NCBI GenBank assembly: GCA_049700835.1
Contig: JBNAUL010000002.1
Span: 222,999-286,998, forward strand
Length of the DNA stretch: 64,000 nt
Source: Candidatus Woesearchaeota archaeon
GTDB lineage: Archaea > Nanobdellota > Nanobdellia > Woesearchaeales > WAPY01
Direction of reading: 5' to 3'
Part shown: piece by piece, positions 31,882 through 42,534 of the stretch
Position numbering within the stretch: the first letter of the stretch is position 1
Layout of the letters: each line of letters starts with the position of its first letter
Made by a program: the position numbers and the translations under genes
Notes under the pieces: model-generated
The model's input: the letters and a program-made list of their open reading frames with translations, nothing else
Database searches by the model: none
What the model was told of the DNA's origin: nothing

Positions 31882-31927
31882 GGAAGCAGTATTATTAAAC
31901 AATTATAAAAATTTTTTGAAATTCAAA

Positions 31928-33292
31928 TCAAAAATCATTTCTTGCAATCTTATCAGCAATTCCATAGTAATCCTTTGGGTCTAATTTTAAAAAATCATCT
32001 TCTATGTTTTGTGGCAGATTGAGTTTTTTTATAATATTCCTAAATTCTTCAATGTTCATTTTCCTGCCTTGAACTTCTTGTCTAAGAATTTCATAAGCAT
32101 TCTCATAACCTAATGTTCTTAGTTTTGTTTGAACTGCTTCTGCTAAAATCTCTGCGTGCTCGTTAAGTTCAGAACTAATTTTTTCTTTGTCAACATCTAT
32201 TTTTTCCAAACCAAAAATTATTTTTTTATAAGCCAAGAGAGAATGCCCGTAAGCAACTCCATAGTTTCTCTTAACTGTTGAATCTGATAAATCCCTTTGA
32301 TATCTTGAAATAACAATTTTGTTGGAAAATAAATCGAACAATGCATTGGAAGTTTGAAGATTTCCTTCAGCATTTTCAAAATCAATTGGGTTTATTTTGT
32401 GAGGCATAACTGAAGAGCCAATCTCATTTTTGTTTTTTAGCATTAAATAATCAATCGAGATGTAATTCCAAATATTTTGTGAAAAATCAATTAGAATGGT
32501 GTTTATTCTAATAATGTTTTGAAACAATTCTGCTTGCCAATCATTAGGTTCTTTTTGAGTTGAGAAAGGATTAAACTTAAAATTAAACTTAATAACAAAT
32601 TCCTTTGCTAATTCAATCCAATTTAAATCAGGAATAGCGTAGTAAAAAGAATTAAAGTTTCCTGTGCTTCCTGAGAACTTAACAAAATATTCTTGATTTT
32701 CAAGCTTGATTTTTTGAGTTTTTAATCTTTCACAATAATTCCTAAATTCTTTGCCAAGGGTTGTTGGAGAAGCAACTTGGCCATGAGTTCTTGAAAGCAT
32801 AACTATGCTTGAATACATTTCTGCAAAATCATTAAGTTTTTCTATGATTAGTTCTAAGTTTTCTGATAAAATTTTATTTCCCTTTCTAAGCATGCTCGCA
32901 ATTGCCAAATTATCAACATCCTCAGAAGTTATTCCAAAATGAATAAAAGCATAAAGTTCATCAGGGTAATCTTTAATCTTTTCTTTTAAATTAATTCTCA
33001 AAGCAAGTTCTATTGCCTTAACATCGTGGTTTGTGGGTTTTATGTTCTTATAACCGTTTGTTTCAATCTGCTTAACAAGATTGTAATCAACATCTATTTC
33101 CTTAATTCTATCAATTAGTTCTTTTTTGCGATCGTCGTTTAAATTCAATGTTTTTATTATTTCTTTTTCCAACAGAAAAATCAGCCATTCCTTCTCATAA
33201 AAAATTCTCTCTTTAACATAATTACTTTCACTAAAAATAGTGTCAAGTTCTTTAACTAATTCATAATACCTGTCATCTAATGGAGAGAGCAT
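31928..33292 (-). CDS. purB: Adenylosuccinate lyase (E. coli-like subtype)
   Basis: LSPLDDRY, TNHDVKA, TSED, RTHGQ.ASPTT.GKE, GSSVMPHKINPIDFENAEGN, QRDLSDSTV.RN. Confidence 0.95.
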   Translation of the reverse strand: MLSPLDDRYYELVKELDTIFSESNYVKERIFYEKEWLIFLLEKEIIKTLNLNDDRKKELIDRIKEIDVDYNLVKQIETNGYKNIKPTNHDVKAIELALRINLKEKIKDYPDELYAFIHFGITSEDVDNLAIASMLRKGNKILSENLELIIEKLNDFAEMYSSIVMLSRTHGQVASPTTLGKEFRNYCERLKTQKIKLENQEYFVKFSGSTGNFNSFYYAIPDLNWIELAKEFVIKFNFKFNPFSTQKEPNDWQAELFQNIIRINTILIDFSQNIWNYISIDYLMLKNKNEIGSSVMPHKINPIDFENAEGNLQTSNALFDLFSNKIVISRYQRDLSDSTVKRNYGVAYGHSLLAYKKIIFGLEKIDVDKEKISSELNEHAEILAEAVQTKLRTLGYENAYEILRQEVQGRKMNIEEFRNIIKKLNLPQNIEDDFLKLDPKDYYGIADKIARNDF

Positions 33293-33325
33293 TTTAAAAC
33301 AAAAAATATTTTATTTATTTTGAAT

Positions 33326-36300
33326 TTATCTAACACTTACTGTTGCTAATGTTGAAGTTGTAGTTCTATTAAAATAGTCTTTTATTGTGAAATAATAATT
33401 AATCTTTGTTTTTTGAGAAACTTCTGATAGGTTAATTGTTACTGAACATGTTTTTGAATTTCCTGAAAGGCATGTTGAATTAAAATTATATGATTTCCAA
33501 TCATCATTTCCTATTTTATAATAAAACATCGCTTCTTTAACATAACTTTCTGAATAACTTACGGTAAAATTTGTTGGAGCTTTATAAACTGTTGTTCCTG
33601 ACTTAGGGGCTGTATAGTAAATGTATGGTTTGCTTGAATCAATTGTAAAACTTATTAATTCTTCACTTGGATTTCCTAAGCTATCATAAGCCCTTATTTT
33701 TAAGTTGTTAAGGCTTTCAACAAAAGTTAAATATCCAATATAAGAATTACAATAACTGCATAAAGTATTCCAACGATAATTGTTCAATGAGTATTCTATT
33801 CTTAATGCTTTTTCACCAACAGTTATGTTTACTGGTAATCTTAAATTATTATAGATTGTATTGTTTTCTGGATTGTTAATTGTTATGCTAGGGCCAGTAG
33901 TGTCCACACTAAAGTACCAAATCGTTTCATTGTAGAATCCTAAACTATCTACCAATTTCAAGTACAACTCGTATCTTCCATCGCTAAGTTCCTCATCAGG
34001 CCAATAATCAAAGTAAAAATTGCTAAAAGAAGAGTTTAAAGTAATATCTTTTCCATTCAATTTTGCAACGCATGCGTTTTTATAAATACTTGTATTATTA
34101 TTTGATGTTTCATAAGCAGCCCATATGTGTGGTTTTTTATTGTTTATAATAGAATTATTCATTGGTCTAAAAGTCTTTATTTTTGGAGAAAAACCTTCAT
34201 CAACTTTACCATCACAATTATCATCAATACCGTTATAAATTTCTGTAGCATTAGGATTGATTGAAGTATTTTCATCATTACAATCACCGCTTGCCAAAGC
34301 CCTATATTTTCCATAAGCACTGCAATAGCATCTTGAATCAGTTATTCCAAAATAATCCTTGTCATTATCATAATAATAATTAATGCAGTTCAAAGCATTC
34401 CTTTCATTAATCTTTCCATTGCAGTTATCATCATAAGTAGTTAAGCAGTCCTCAATCATTCCTGGATTAACAGTAGCATTATCATCATTACAATCATTTC
34501 CAACAGGACACTCTGAAGTTAAAGCATAATAACCATCATTGTCATTGTCTGTGCAGTTATAACCAACAGCAATCTGTTTTCTACAGGTTTCTCCAAACCA
34601 AACAACTCCTTCCCTCAGCATCTGCCAATCAAAATTATAAGTTCCGTTAGTTAAAGGAGCAGTAACTTGAAAACTGAATTTATGCTCTCCTAAAAATCCA
34701 ACAGAATCAGAGTCAGAAAGTTCTATTCTGTTTAAACTCCAATTAGTGTTGTCCTGAGGATTTTGAGAGCCGAGCTTATAGTTTTCTGCTTTTGTCCAAG
34801 TATTAACTCCAAAGTTTTTCATCTTAACATAAGCTGTGTAATTTCTGCCAATTATCATTTCAGAAGTAACATTTATTTTTAAGCATAAGGCATCATTATC
34901 TTTAAGCCAAGGTTCATAATCGATAAAGTCGGTGACATTATTTCCTGAACCATTGTGATTATAGAGTCCTCCTGAGGTTCTATCATCAGAATCATCCTTA
35001 GGGCCTAAAGGACTTCCCCACCAATTGTATTCTGCATTTAAAACATTGGAATAATTATTTTTTAGATTAACCCCTCCATTAGAATTATTTGTTATGTTAT
35101 TATAATTCACAACGATGTTCTTTCCATCAAGTGTCTGATTTGAGAACAATCCGACATAATTATTATAAACATTGTTGAACAAAACACTAACATTATTGGA
35201 GTCTGCCCTGTTTGGATAGGAGTTGAATGCAATTCCTGCTCCTAAAGAATAACCATAAACAGTATTGTTTCTTATAATGGTATTATAGAATTGTCCTCCA
35301 ATTCCAGCACCATAAACACTTGCACTTCCTATAACCTCGTTTTCTTCAATAATGCTGTTCTTTTGATAGCCAGTAATTCCGAATTTAGAATTTTCAATTT
35401 TGTTGTATCTCATTGTTGCCTTTGTTATAACTCCATCTGTTTCTAAATGAGTGTTATTATCATCTCCTGCTGTTATCCCGCTTGTTCCTGCTCCTTTTAC
35501 ATAATTATACTCGACAATTGCATTTTTAGCCCTCCAAAGATTAATGCCATCAACTGTTGAATTTTCAATTATATTATTCCTAATAATAACGTTGTTTGTA
35601 AAATCAGTAACATGTATTGCCTTGTAAGGATTAGAATTCGCTGAAATTTTAAAACCATTAATTACTACCTGTCCAGAACCTGCTCTTATTTGTATTGTTC
35701 CATTTGTATTAGACGAAAGTATTACTGATTCTTGAGCAGTGTTTCTTGTTCTTGCATCAACCCCTGCCTGTGCTCCTCTTAAAGTTAATGGTTTTGTTAT
35801 TGTTAAGTTTTCACTATAATTTCCTACTCTTACATTTATAGTGTTTCCAGCAGTAGAAGCATCTATTGCTGATTGAATCTTCATTCCAGGACCAACATAA
35901 TAAACATCATAATCTGTTAGAGGAACTTGAGTTGGAACTTTGTTAACAACAGCATCTACAGCTCCTAATGAAACTGCTAATGAAGCATTATTCAATGCAG
36001 AAGTTAATGTTGGATAAAAAACAATTACATGAGGTTTTATTGATGGAAACCTTACAATATACTTAAAATCGTTTGAAACATTAAGGTTTGTTATTGGATA
36101 ATCACTTCCTACTGAATAATTTGATGTTTCTATGTAAAAAGGAATTATTTCTGAAAAACTGTTTGTCCCTTTTAATGTAATATTATCACACCCTCCAGCA
36201 TAGTATTGGCCTGAAGTGAATACTGCAAGTCCAGACCAATTATTATTATTTGTGATTATGTTTTCCAAAACAAAATTTTTTGAATCAGTAATTCCAATTC

Positions 36301-36817
36301 CTGTTCCATTGTTATAATAAGCTTGAATGTTTTCAAGTAGCACATCATTGCAGCCATTAAAGTTTATTCCACTCCTTCCAGAATTCTTAACAACAACATC
36401 CTTAATCTGAATGTTAGAAGCTCCTGAGACAAAAATACCATAACCATCTGTATGATTTAAAGGCCCTATCATGGTAAAATTGCTTAGAACAACATTGTTT
36501 GTATTATAAATTTCTATTCCATAGCCAGAACTTATTGAACTTGCATTTATAATAACGCTGTTTTTATTAACACCAGCCAAAGTTATTTTCTTATTAATGT
36601 ATAAAGTGTTGCTTAAATAGTAAATTCCAGAATTCACGATTATTGTATCACCATCAGCTACCTGTGTTAAAGCATATTGTATTGTTTTGCAAGGATTCGA
36701 AACATTAGAACAATCGCCAGAATCTGTTCCTGTTACATTAACATATTTTGTTGTTGCAAAAACATTTGAAGTAAAAAACAATAGAACTAACAAGCATATT
36801 AAGAAATTCTTTTTCAT
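33326..36817 (-). CDS. Large secreted/surface protein: beta-helix repeats, NBR1-like Ig domain, MopE-like Cys/Asp repeats, Ig-like C-terminus
   Basis: Signal peptide; PCKTIQYA and KIQSAID beta-helix caps; NWWG; MKN.G..TW..W.M....WFG; DNDNDGY..DCNDDN..NPG..DDNCNG repeats. Confidence 0.85.
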   Translation of the reverse strand: MKKNFLICLLVLLFFTSNVFATTKYVNVTGTDSGDCSNVSNPCKTIQYALTQVADGDTIIVNSGIYYLSNTLYINKKITLAGVNKNSVIINASSISSGYGIEIYNTNNVVLSNFTMIGPLNHTDGYGIFVSGASNIQIKDVVVKNSGRSGINFNGCNDVLLENIQAYYNNGTGIGITDSKNFVLENIITNNNNWSGLAVFTSGQYYAGGCDNITLKGTNSFSEIIPFYIETSNYSVGSDYPITNLNVSNDFKYIVRFPSIKPHVIVFYPTLTSALNNASLAVSLGAVDAVVNKVPTQVPLTDYDVYYVGPGMKIQSAIDASTAGNTINVRVGNYSENLTITKPLTLRGAQAGVDARTRNTAQESVILSSNTNGTIQIRAGSGQVVINGFKISANSNPYKAIHVTDFTNNVIIRNNIIENSTVDGINLWRAKNAIVEYNYVKGAGTSGITAGDDNNTHLETDGVITKATMRYNKIENSKFGITGYQKNSIIEENEVIGSASVYGAGIGGQFYNTIIRNNTVYGYSLGAGIAFNSYPNRADSNNVSVLFNNVYNNYVGLFSNQTLDGKNIVVNYNNITNNSNGGVNLKNNYSNVLNAEYNWWGSPLGPKDDSDDRTSGGLYNHNGSGNNVTDFIDYEPWLKDNDALCLKINVTSEMIIGRNYTAYVKMKNFGVNTWTKAENYKLGSQNPQDNTNWSLNRIELSDSDSVGFLGEHKFSFQVTAPLTNGTYNFDWQMLREGVVWFGETCRKQIAVGYNCTDNDNDGYYALTSECPVGNDCNDDNATVNPGMIEDCLTTYDDNCNGKINERNALNCINYYYDNDKDYFGITDSRCYCSAYGKYRALASGDCNDENTSINPNATEIYNGIDDNCDGKVDEGFSPKIKTFRPMNNSIINNKKPHIWAAYETSNNNTSIYKNACVAKLNGKDITLNSSFSNFYFDYWPDEELSDGRYELYLKLVDSLGFYNETIWYFSVDTTGPSITINNPENNTIYNNLRLPVNITVGEKALRIEYSLNNYRWNTLCSYCNSYIGYLTFVESLNNLKIRAYDSLGNPSEELISFTIDSSKPYIYYTAPKSGTTVYKAPTNFTVSYSESYVKEAMFYYKIGNDDWKSYNFNSTCLSGNSKTCSVTINLSEVSQKTKINYYFTIKDYFNRTTTSTLATVSVR

Positions 36818-36979
36818 CAAAACACCCCTGCTTTTTTCTAAATGCGCTCCTAAACTCTTAAAATATTTAAACTTTTCTGTATTTCTTTATTACCAAGTGG
36901 TTATAATTTAGTCAGAATTTCAAATTTTTGAGAAAAATATTTAAACAGAAAAGATTGTTTTTCTTTAGGGGTGGTTTAA

Positions 36980-38086
36980 ATGCCAGAAAAGATTCTTGAA
37001 GAATTTGTGAATAAAGAATTTTCTGAATACAGTTCTAAGGAAAGAAATGAAATATTGCGTATTTTGAAAGAGACAATGCCTTTGAACCTTCCAATGGCTT
37101 ATCTTTCTAGCGAAAACAAAGAGGATTATTTGAAAAGCACCTATGATAATCTAAAACAAAAAAAAGAAGATATAGAATCAGGAGAAAAAAGAAACTTCCT
37201 GGAAAAGGGTTTTGATGTAAGGAATAATGCGAGAATACTTGGGTATTTGTTTTTGATGCATAGAGATTATGAAAAAGCAACAGACTCTTTTAATTTATCT
37301 TCTGATTTTAAAGTTGAAGAGGGCGCGCAAAAATATTATATTCTGCTTTCAGAGAAAAACAGAGAAAGAATAAGCAATGTTTTAAAAGAGTTTTATTCAA
37401 GAGCATTGAGCCAAGGTTACGAGCCAAGGAGCGCTGATGAGATTTATAAAAATAATGGAGCAAAAAAAATTCCTCACGAAGGCAAGGATAAGAAAGAAAA
37501 TAACAAAGAAGGAATTAAGTGCGAAACCCTGATAGGTACAGGTTTTTTGATTGTTGCTATTGCTTCGGGAACAATAGGCTACAAAATAATGGAAAAGAAA
37601 TTTGAAAATAGATTAAAAGAAGAAGGCAGAGATTATGAACAGCAAATTCAGGAATTAAAGAACAATCTTGATTCTCAAACTTTAAGGAATTCAGAGCTTG
37701 AAAAGCAGATTTTGGAGCTTTTAGAATTAAAAGATAAACCTGTTTATGTAGTTACAATGTTGGGCAAGGACGAAACAATAACTCACAAGATCGCAGAATA
37801 TCTTGACTTGTCCCTTGGAAAGTATTATGATGAAATGTCAGCAAGCAGCAGGATAAAGCTAATAAATGATTTTACAAGAATACTGTACAACATTGAAGAG
37901 AACAGCAGAGTTGGTTTAACAATCGAAAGTACAAGAAACCTTCCAGAAAACTTCTTTTTTTACATTCCTGTGTCAAAGGTTGAAACTAAAAAAATTCAAA
38001 ATTTGGAAACATGGGTTTTAACAGGAAAGTATAAAGATTTAAATGGAATTATTAAAGAGTATAAGTTCTCAGTTTTAGATTATTAA
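36980..38086 (+). CDS. Hypothetical membrane-anchored protein with coiled coil
   Basis: GGGGTGG SD; central TM (LIGTGFLIVAIASGTIGY) followed by a heptad-rich segment. Confidence 0.75.
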   Translation: MPEKILEEFVNKEFSEYSSKERNEILRILKETMPLNLPMAYLSSENKEDYLKSTYDNLKQKKEDIESGEKRNFLEKGFDVRNNARILGYLFLMHRDYEKATDSFNLSSDFKVEEGAQKYYILLSEKNRERISNVLKEFYSRALSQGYEPRSADEIYKNNGAKKIPHEGKDKKENNKEGIKCETLIGTGFLIVAIASGTIGYKIMEKKFENRLKEEGRDYEQQIQELKNNLDSQTLRNSELEKQILELLELKDKPVYVVTMLGKDETITHKIAEYLDLSLGKYYDEMSASSRIKLINDFTRILYNIEENSRVGLTIESTRNLPENFFFYIPVSKVETKKIQNLETWVLTGKYKDLNGIIKEYKFSVLDY

Positions 38087-38145
38087 TATATAATATAAAA
38101 TTAATATATAAAACAGATATAATAAAAAATTTTCATAGAAACTCT

Positions 38146-38552
38146 ATGGCATCTGATTTAGAAAAATTAATAGAAAACATGGAAAAACAGGAAAAAAAAG
38201 CAGAGGATTTTAAAGCGCAAAACAACGATGAGATGTTCTTTTCAAGCACTTACATGCTGCTCGATTTGTATTCACAGTTTTCAAAAAATTATAACCCTGA
38301 AAAAGATGTTCTTAACAACAAGCATAAAGAAATATTGTCAAAGATAGAGAATTCAATAAAAAATTTCATTCAGGAATATTCTTCTTACCAAGGAAATTGG
38401 GTTTTGATTGTTGATGGAAAAATAGAATTGTACGATAAAAACCTTGCAAACATTCTTGATAAAGAATCTGAATATGTGAAAATGAATATGTGAAAAAGGG
38501 TAAGAGAATAAGCGAAGTTTATATCCCAGAGCTCGGGGAACAAAAACTTTAG
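38146..38552 (+). pseudogene. Probable DUF5678-like protein truncated by a 14-bp tandem duplication
   Basis: YQGNWVLIVDGKI motif; TGAATATGTGAAAA duplicated at 38469-38496 creates TGA ending at 38493; removing one copy extends the frame to TAG ending at 38552. Confidence 0.55.
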
Positions 38553-38620
38553 ATAAAAATTCTGAAAAAAATAAAAACTTTAAATTAAATTATTTAATTT
38601 TATTTTAATTTAATTTTATT

Positions 38621-39781
38621 TCAATTGCTTTTTCCAAGCGCTTCTCTTCTCAAAATTTCTGCCTTATCAGTTTTCTCCCAAGTGAAATCTTCAATCTCAA
38701 CTCCGAAGTGCCCTAACATCGCTGTTTTTTTGTAAATCGGTCTTCTAAGTTTTAGATACTCAATTATTTGTTTTGGCTTCAAAGGAAAGATTTTCATGCA
38801 AACCTCTCTTATTTTTTCTTCTGGAATTATTGAAGTGTTATAACAATCTATGTCAAAACTCGTTGGTTCTGCAACTCCGATTGCATAGCTTATTCTTACC
38901 AAGCATTTCTTTGCAAGTCCTGATTTTACAACATTCTTTGCAATGTGCCTTGCCATATAAGCAGCGCTCCTGTCAACCTTTGTAGGATCCTTTCCTGAGA
39001 AAGCACCTCCTCCAGCAGGAACTATCGGCCCGTAGTTGTCAATAACAACCTTTCTTCCAGTAAGCCCTGTGTCTGCCTGAGGTCCTCCTATCACGAATCT
39101 TCCTGTTCCGTTGATTATTATTTTTGTTTCTCTGGTTAAATATTTGCCGCAAACTGGCTTTATTACCTTTTTTAGAATGTCCCTCCTCAATTTTTTTAAA
39201 TCAACATTTGGGCTGTGCTGTGCTGCTATTATTACATTTGTAACATGTTTTGGCTCGTCATTTTCATACAAAACGCTGACCTGAGATTTTCCATCAGGCC
39301 TCAGGTAAGGAATAATCTTTTTCTTTCTTACTTCTTCTAATCTCCTTGTAAGCTTTTTTGCCAAAGAAGTAGGCAAAGGCAGCAACTCTTTTGTTTCATC
39401 GCAGGCATATCCAATCATTATTCCTTGATCCCCTGCTCCTTCTTCGTGCTTTTCTGTTTCATCAACCCCTTTTGCTATGTCAGGACTTTGCGGTTGAATT
39501 GAAACAAGAACTCCAACTGTTTTATAGTCCAAACCCAAATCCTCGTTGTCATAACCTATCTGCTTTACTGTTTGCCTTATCACATCTGAAATTTCAACAT
39601 AGGTTCTCGTTGTTATTTCCCCACCAACTATTATGAGGCCTCTTGTAGTGAATGTTTCGCAAGCAACCCTTGCATTCTGGTCTTTTTCTATTATCGCATC
39701 CAATATTGCATCAGAAAGTATGTCGCACATCTTGTCAGGATGACCCTGACTAACTGATTCAGCAGTCAATATCTTGTTCAT
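38621..39781 (-). CDS. metK: S-adenosylmethionine synthetase, bacterial/eukaryotic type
   Basis: ESVSQGHPDK, GAGDQG, RPDGKSQV, GLTGRK, GGGAFSGKDPTKVDRSAAY. Confidence 0.97.
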   Translation of the reverse strand: MNKILTAESVSQGHPDKMCDILSDAILDAIIEKDQNARVACETFTTRGLIIVGGEITTRTYVEISDVIRQTVKQIGYDNEDLGLDYKTVGVLVSIQPQSPDIAKGVDETEKHEEGAGDQGIMIGYACDETKELLPLPTSLAKKLTRRLEEVRKKKIIPYLRPDGKSQVSVLYENDEPKHVTNVIIAAQHSPNVDLKKLRRDILKKVIKPVCGKYLTRETKIIINGTGRFVIGGPQADTGLTGRKVVIDNYGPIVPAGGGAFSGKDPTKVDRSAAYMARHIAKNVVKSGLAKKCLVRISYAIGVAEPTSFDIDCYNTSIIPEEKIREVCMKIFPLKPKQIIEYLKLRRPIYKKTAMLGHFGVEIEDFTWEKTDKAEILRREALGKSN

Positions 39782-39931
39782 GGTATCACCAAATATTGTG
39801 TTTCAACGCTTGTTTAAAAATCTTATTGAAAGCAATATTCCAATAGGAATATTTTCTTAAAAATTTATTTATGAGATCAAAAAATAAAAATGCGATTGCT
39901 CAAAACTAAGGAAAATGTTTGGTTGAAGCAA

Positions 39932-40519
39932 TCAATCTATGCTCTTTAGCTCATAGAAAATGAATTTTTCCCCTGTGTAGCTCCACTCAACAATAATTTC
40001 TCTTTCGCTCACAAGTTTTTTAAGTTCTCTGGAAATCTTGATGATGATTTCCTTGAGCTCATTCCAATGTGGAATGTTAGAAACATCTTTCAAGATTTCA
40101 AATGAATCATTGAATTCCAAAACTCCTTTGTAGTCAACAATGCTGTTCTCTGTTAGGTTCCACAGGCTTCCTTCGCAGCTTTCTACTACTGCGCTTGTCC
40201 TCAAACCAAACTTTATCAAAATGTTTCCGCTAAATTCTGCTTTAAAATAAGGATAGATTATTAAATAGACTCCTTCCAGAGTTTCAAATTCTGAAAGAAG
40301 TTCGTTTATTCTATCTTTTATGTCCCTGCCTGTGAGCCCTACAAATCTCGGAAGCCCAAAATCATCTCCTGATTCAACCGCTGTTCTAACTGTATATACA
40401 AGATTGTCTTCAAGAGAATTAACAATGTTTTCAGAAATATCTGCCTTTACAATAGTCCAATTAGGCCGTTCCAATCTTAACTTTTCTATCAATGAAAACC
40501 CGTTCAGTTTGTTTATCAT
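39932..40519 (-). CDS. Hypothetical protein (possible ATP-grasp-like fragment)
   Basis: TVRTA, VES..G, VEWS..FIFYE pattern loosely reminiscent of PEP-synthase ATP-grasp domains. Confidence 0.55.
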   Translation of the reverse strand: MINKLNGFSLIEKLRLERPNWTIVKADISENIVNSLEDNLVYTVRTAVESGDDFGLPRFVGLTGRDIKDRINELLSEFETLEGVYLIIYPYFKAEFSGNILIKFGLRTSAVVESCEGSLWNLTENSIVDYKGVLEFNDSFEILKDVSNIPHWNELKEIIIKISRELKKLVSEREIIVEWSYTGEKFIFYELKSID

Positions 40520-40704
40520 TTTAAAACCTTGCAGAGCTTTTGCGGACTATTTTACATTTTGCTTTTTTACATTTTGCTTTTTATTTGCACTCCTTTTTTT
40601 TCATCAGTAAACAATCGCATATAAGTAAGTTTGCATAAATAATCTTGCTTTATAAAATTTTGCGTTTTGCTGGCAGCATTGGTCTTATGATGCTTCTCTT
40701 AAAA

Positions 40705-41442
40705 TCATATTATTCTTCTCGAAATTGTTATGAAACCAGTATGTCCTAACATCTCTGTCTTTGGCCTTGACTGCTTTTCGTTTATTATCCATTCCCTGCA
40801 AAAACTTTCAATAGTTTTTATGTGAAGAACATTCTTAAACTTTTTCTGTTCTTCAATGTTCTTAATCACCTGACTGATGTTTGGGAGGTAAGCAACCAAA
40901 TAACCACCCACTTTTAAAGCATCAACGCATTCTGGCAGATAATCCCATGGCTGCGGCATGTCCAAAACTATTGCATCTACATTTCTCTCTGAAATATGCT
41001 TTAAATCCTTATTCTTCAAAATAAGATTTTTAACTCCGAAAAGCTCCCTGTTTTTCAATGCAAGATTGTAGAATTCCTTTCTAATCTCATAGCTTATCAC
41101 CCTCTTAGAAATCAAAGAAAGCATCAATGCAAGGGCTCCTGAACCAGTGCCTGCATCAACAACTATGCTCTCCTTGTTTATTCCTGTTTCAAAGGCAATT
41201 AGTCCTATGTCTTTAAGAGTTATTATCTGAGGTCCTCTGAGCAATCTTTCAAAGAAATCGCGGTAGCTTGGAAGCATTATGAAGAATTTCTTTCCCAAGT
41301 TTGTCCTGACAATTCCGCTCTTCTTTTTTAAATCCTTCTTTTTTATAAATCCGTACTGAGTGTGAAAATCGTTATCAAGAGAAGGAACATAGAAAATCCT
41401 GTTTTCAGAGTACAAAATTCTCTCAAACTTGTATTTCTTCAT
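40705..41442 (-). CDS. trmI: tRNA (adenine-N1)-methyltransferase
   Basis: RGPQII..KD, DAGTGSG, LDMPQPW, RP..M.GHTGF. Confidence 0.92.
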   Translation of the reverse strand: MKKYKFERILYSENRIFYVPSLDNDFHTQYGFIKKKDLKKKSGIVRTNLGKKFFIMLPSYRDFFERLLRGPQIITLKDIGLIAFETGINKESIVVDAGTGSGALALMLSLISKRVISYEIRKEFYNLALKNRELFGVKNLILKNKDLKHISERNVDAIVLDMPQPWDYLPECVDALKVGGYLVAYLPNISQVIKNIEEQKKFKNVLHIKTIESFCREWIINEKQSRPKTEMLGHTGFITISRRII

Positions 41443-41488
41443 AAATTATTTTCTAATAAACAAATATTTAAAAATTTTGTGTTATTAC

Positions 41489-41907
41489 ATGACTCTAAGA
41501 ATGAAAAAAGATAAAAAAAAAGCAGGTTCGTTGTTCAGGAGCATTTTTCAAGAACTCATCACTTTGATTTTCGGCTTGAACTTGACAATGTCTTGAAGAG
41601 CTGGGCTGTTCCAAAAGGTCTTCCTGAAAAAACAGGAATAATGAGGTTGGCTGTTCAGACAGAGGACCATGATTTGGATTATATAAATTTTGAAGGGGAA
41701 ATTCCAGAAGGTTTTTACGGCGCTGGAAAGGTGAAGATTTTTGATTCAGGTAGTTTTGAGCTCGTTGAGAGAACTCAAGATAAAATAGTTTTCGTGCTGA
41801 ATGGAAAAAAATTAAGAGGAAAATACACGCTTTTGAGAGCAAGTTATAAAAATTCGGACAATAAAAATTGGCTAGTGATAAAGAACAAAGTCAGCAGCAA
41901 ACAATAA
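41489..41907 (+). CDS. Stand-alone LigD 3'-phosphoesterase domain; start joined only via a frameshift in an A9 run
   Basis: RFVVQEH..HFDFRLE..LKSWAVPKG, RLAVQTEDH..Y..FEG.IP.G.YGAG; ATGs at 41489/41501 are out of frame across A9 (41513-41521). Confidence 0.8.
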
Positions 41908-41968
41908 AAAGTTCAAACAAAAATCATTTTTACAATTTTTCATAAAGTTTTATAAAATTTTCAGCAAG

Positions 41969-42523
41969 GTGGTTTTGGTGGTTTCAGCGGTTTTTAAGAA
42001 TAGCAGGAGATTAAAGAACAAGAATTTCTTAAGAAATTCTATGCTATTCAGCATTATGTTCAGCATTCTTTTTATTCTGCTTTTTTTAGAATCTGCACAT
42101 TCAGAGAACTCAGATATCTGCATAAGAAGAGAAGTTATTTTCAATGAAAAAAACAAAAATGCAAACACTGTTTTAGTCAAACTCAATGCAAGGACAAACA
42201 AGACAATAGAGTTTTATGAGGTGATTCCTAAAGAATGCGCAGTCGGAGAGCATGGAACTATGAGCGCTTCAAAGAACACGCTTAAAGCAACGATAAGCAA
42301 TGATTCTGAAATGAAATACGAACTAATGTGCAACTACGGAAACCACACAATACAGGGGTATTATTTTGTAGAAGGTAATTACAAGCAGAAATTCTACATT
42401 GAGAATACAACATTCTTTATTCAAAAAGTCATTCCAAAAGAACTTCCGATATGGCTTTGGTTTGTTCTTCTGATGCTACTCATAATATTTTTCATAGCAG
42501 TGCTTAAGAGAGAAGAGTTATAA
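41969..42523 (+). CDS. Secreted protein with C-terminal membrane anchor
   Basis: N-terminal hydrophobic signal-like segment, beta-rich body, C-terminal TM with basic tail; start uncertain. Confidence 0.65.
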   Translation: MVLVVSAVFKNSRRLKNKNFLRNSMLFSIMFSILFILLFLESAHSENSDICIRREVIFNEKNKNANTVLVKLNARTNKTIEFYEVIPKECAVGEHGTMSASKNTLKATISNDSEMKYELMCNYGNHTIQGYYFVEGNYKQKFYIENTTFFIQKVIPKELPIWLWFVLLMLLIIFFIAVLKREEL

Positions 42524-42534
42524 AAAACAAAAAA

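Noticed and set aside
31297..38552. Provirus or island integrated at tRNA-His
   Set aside because: No integrase, no viral genes and no duplicated tRNA 3' end found.
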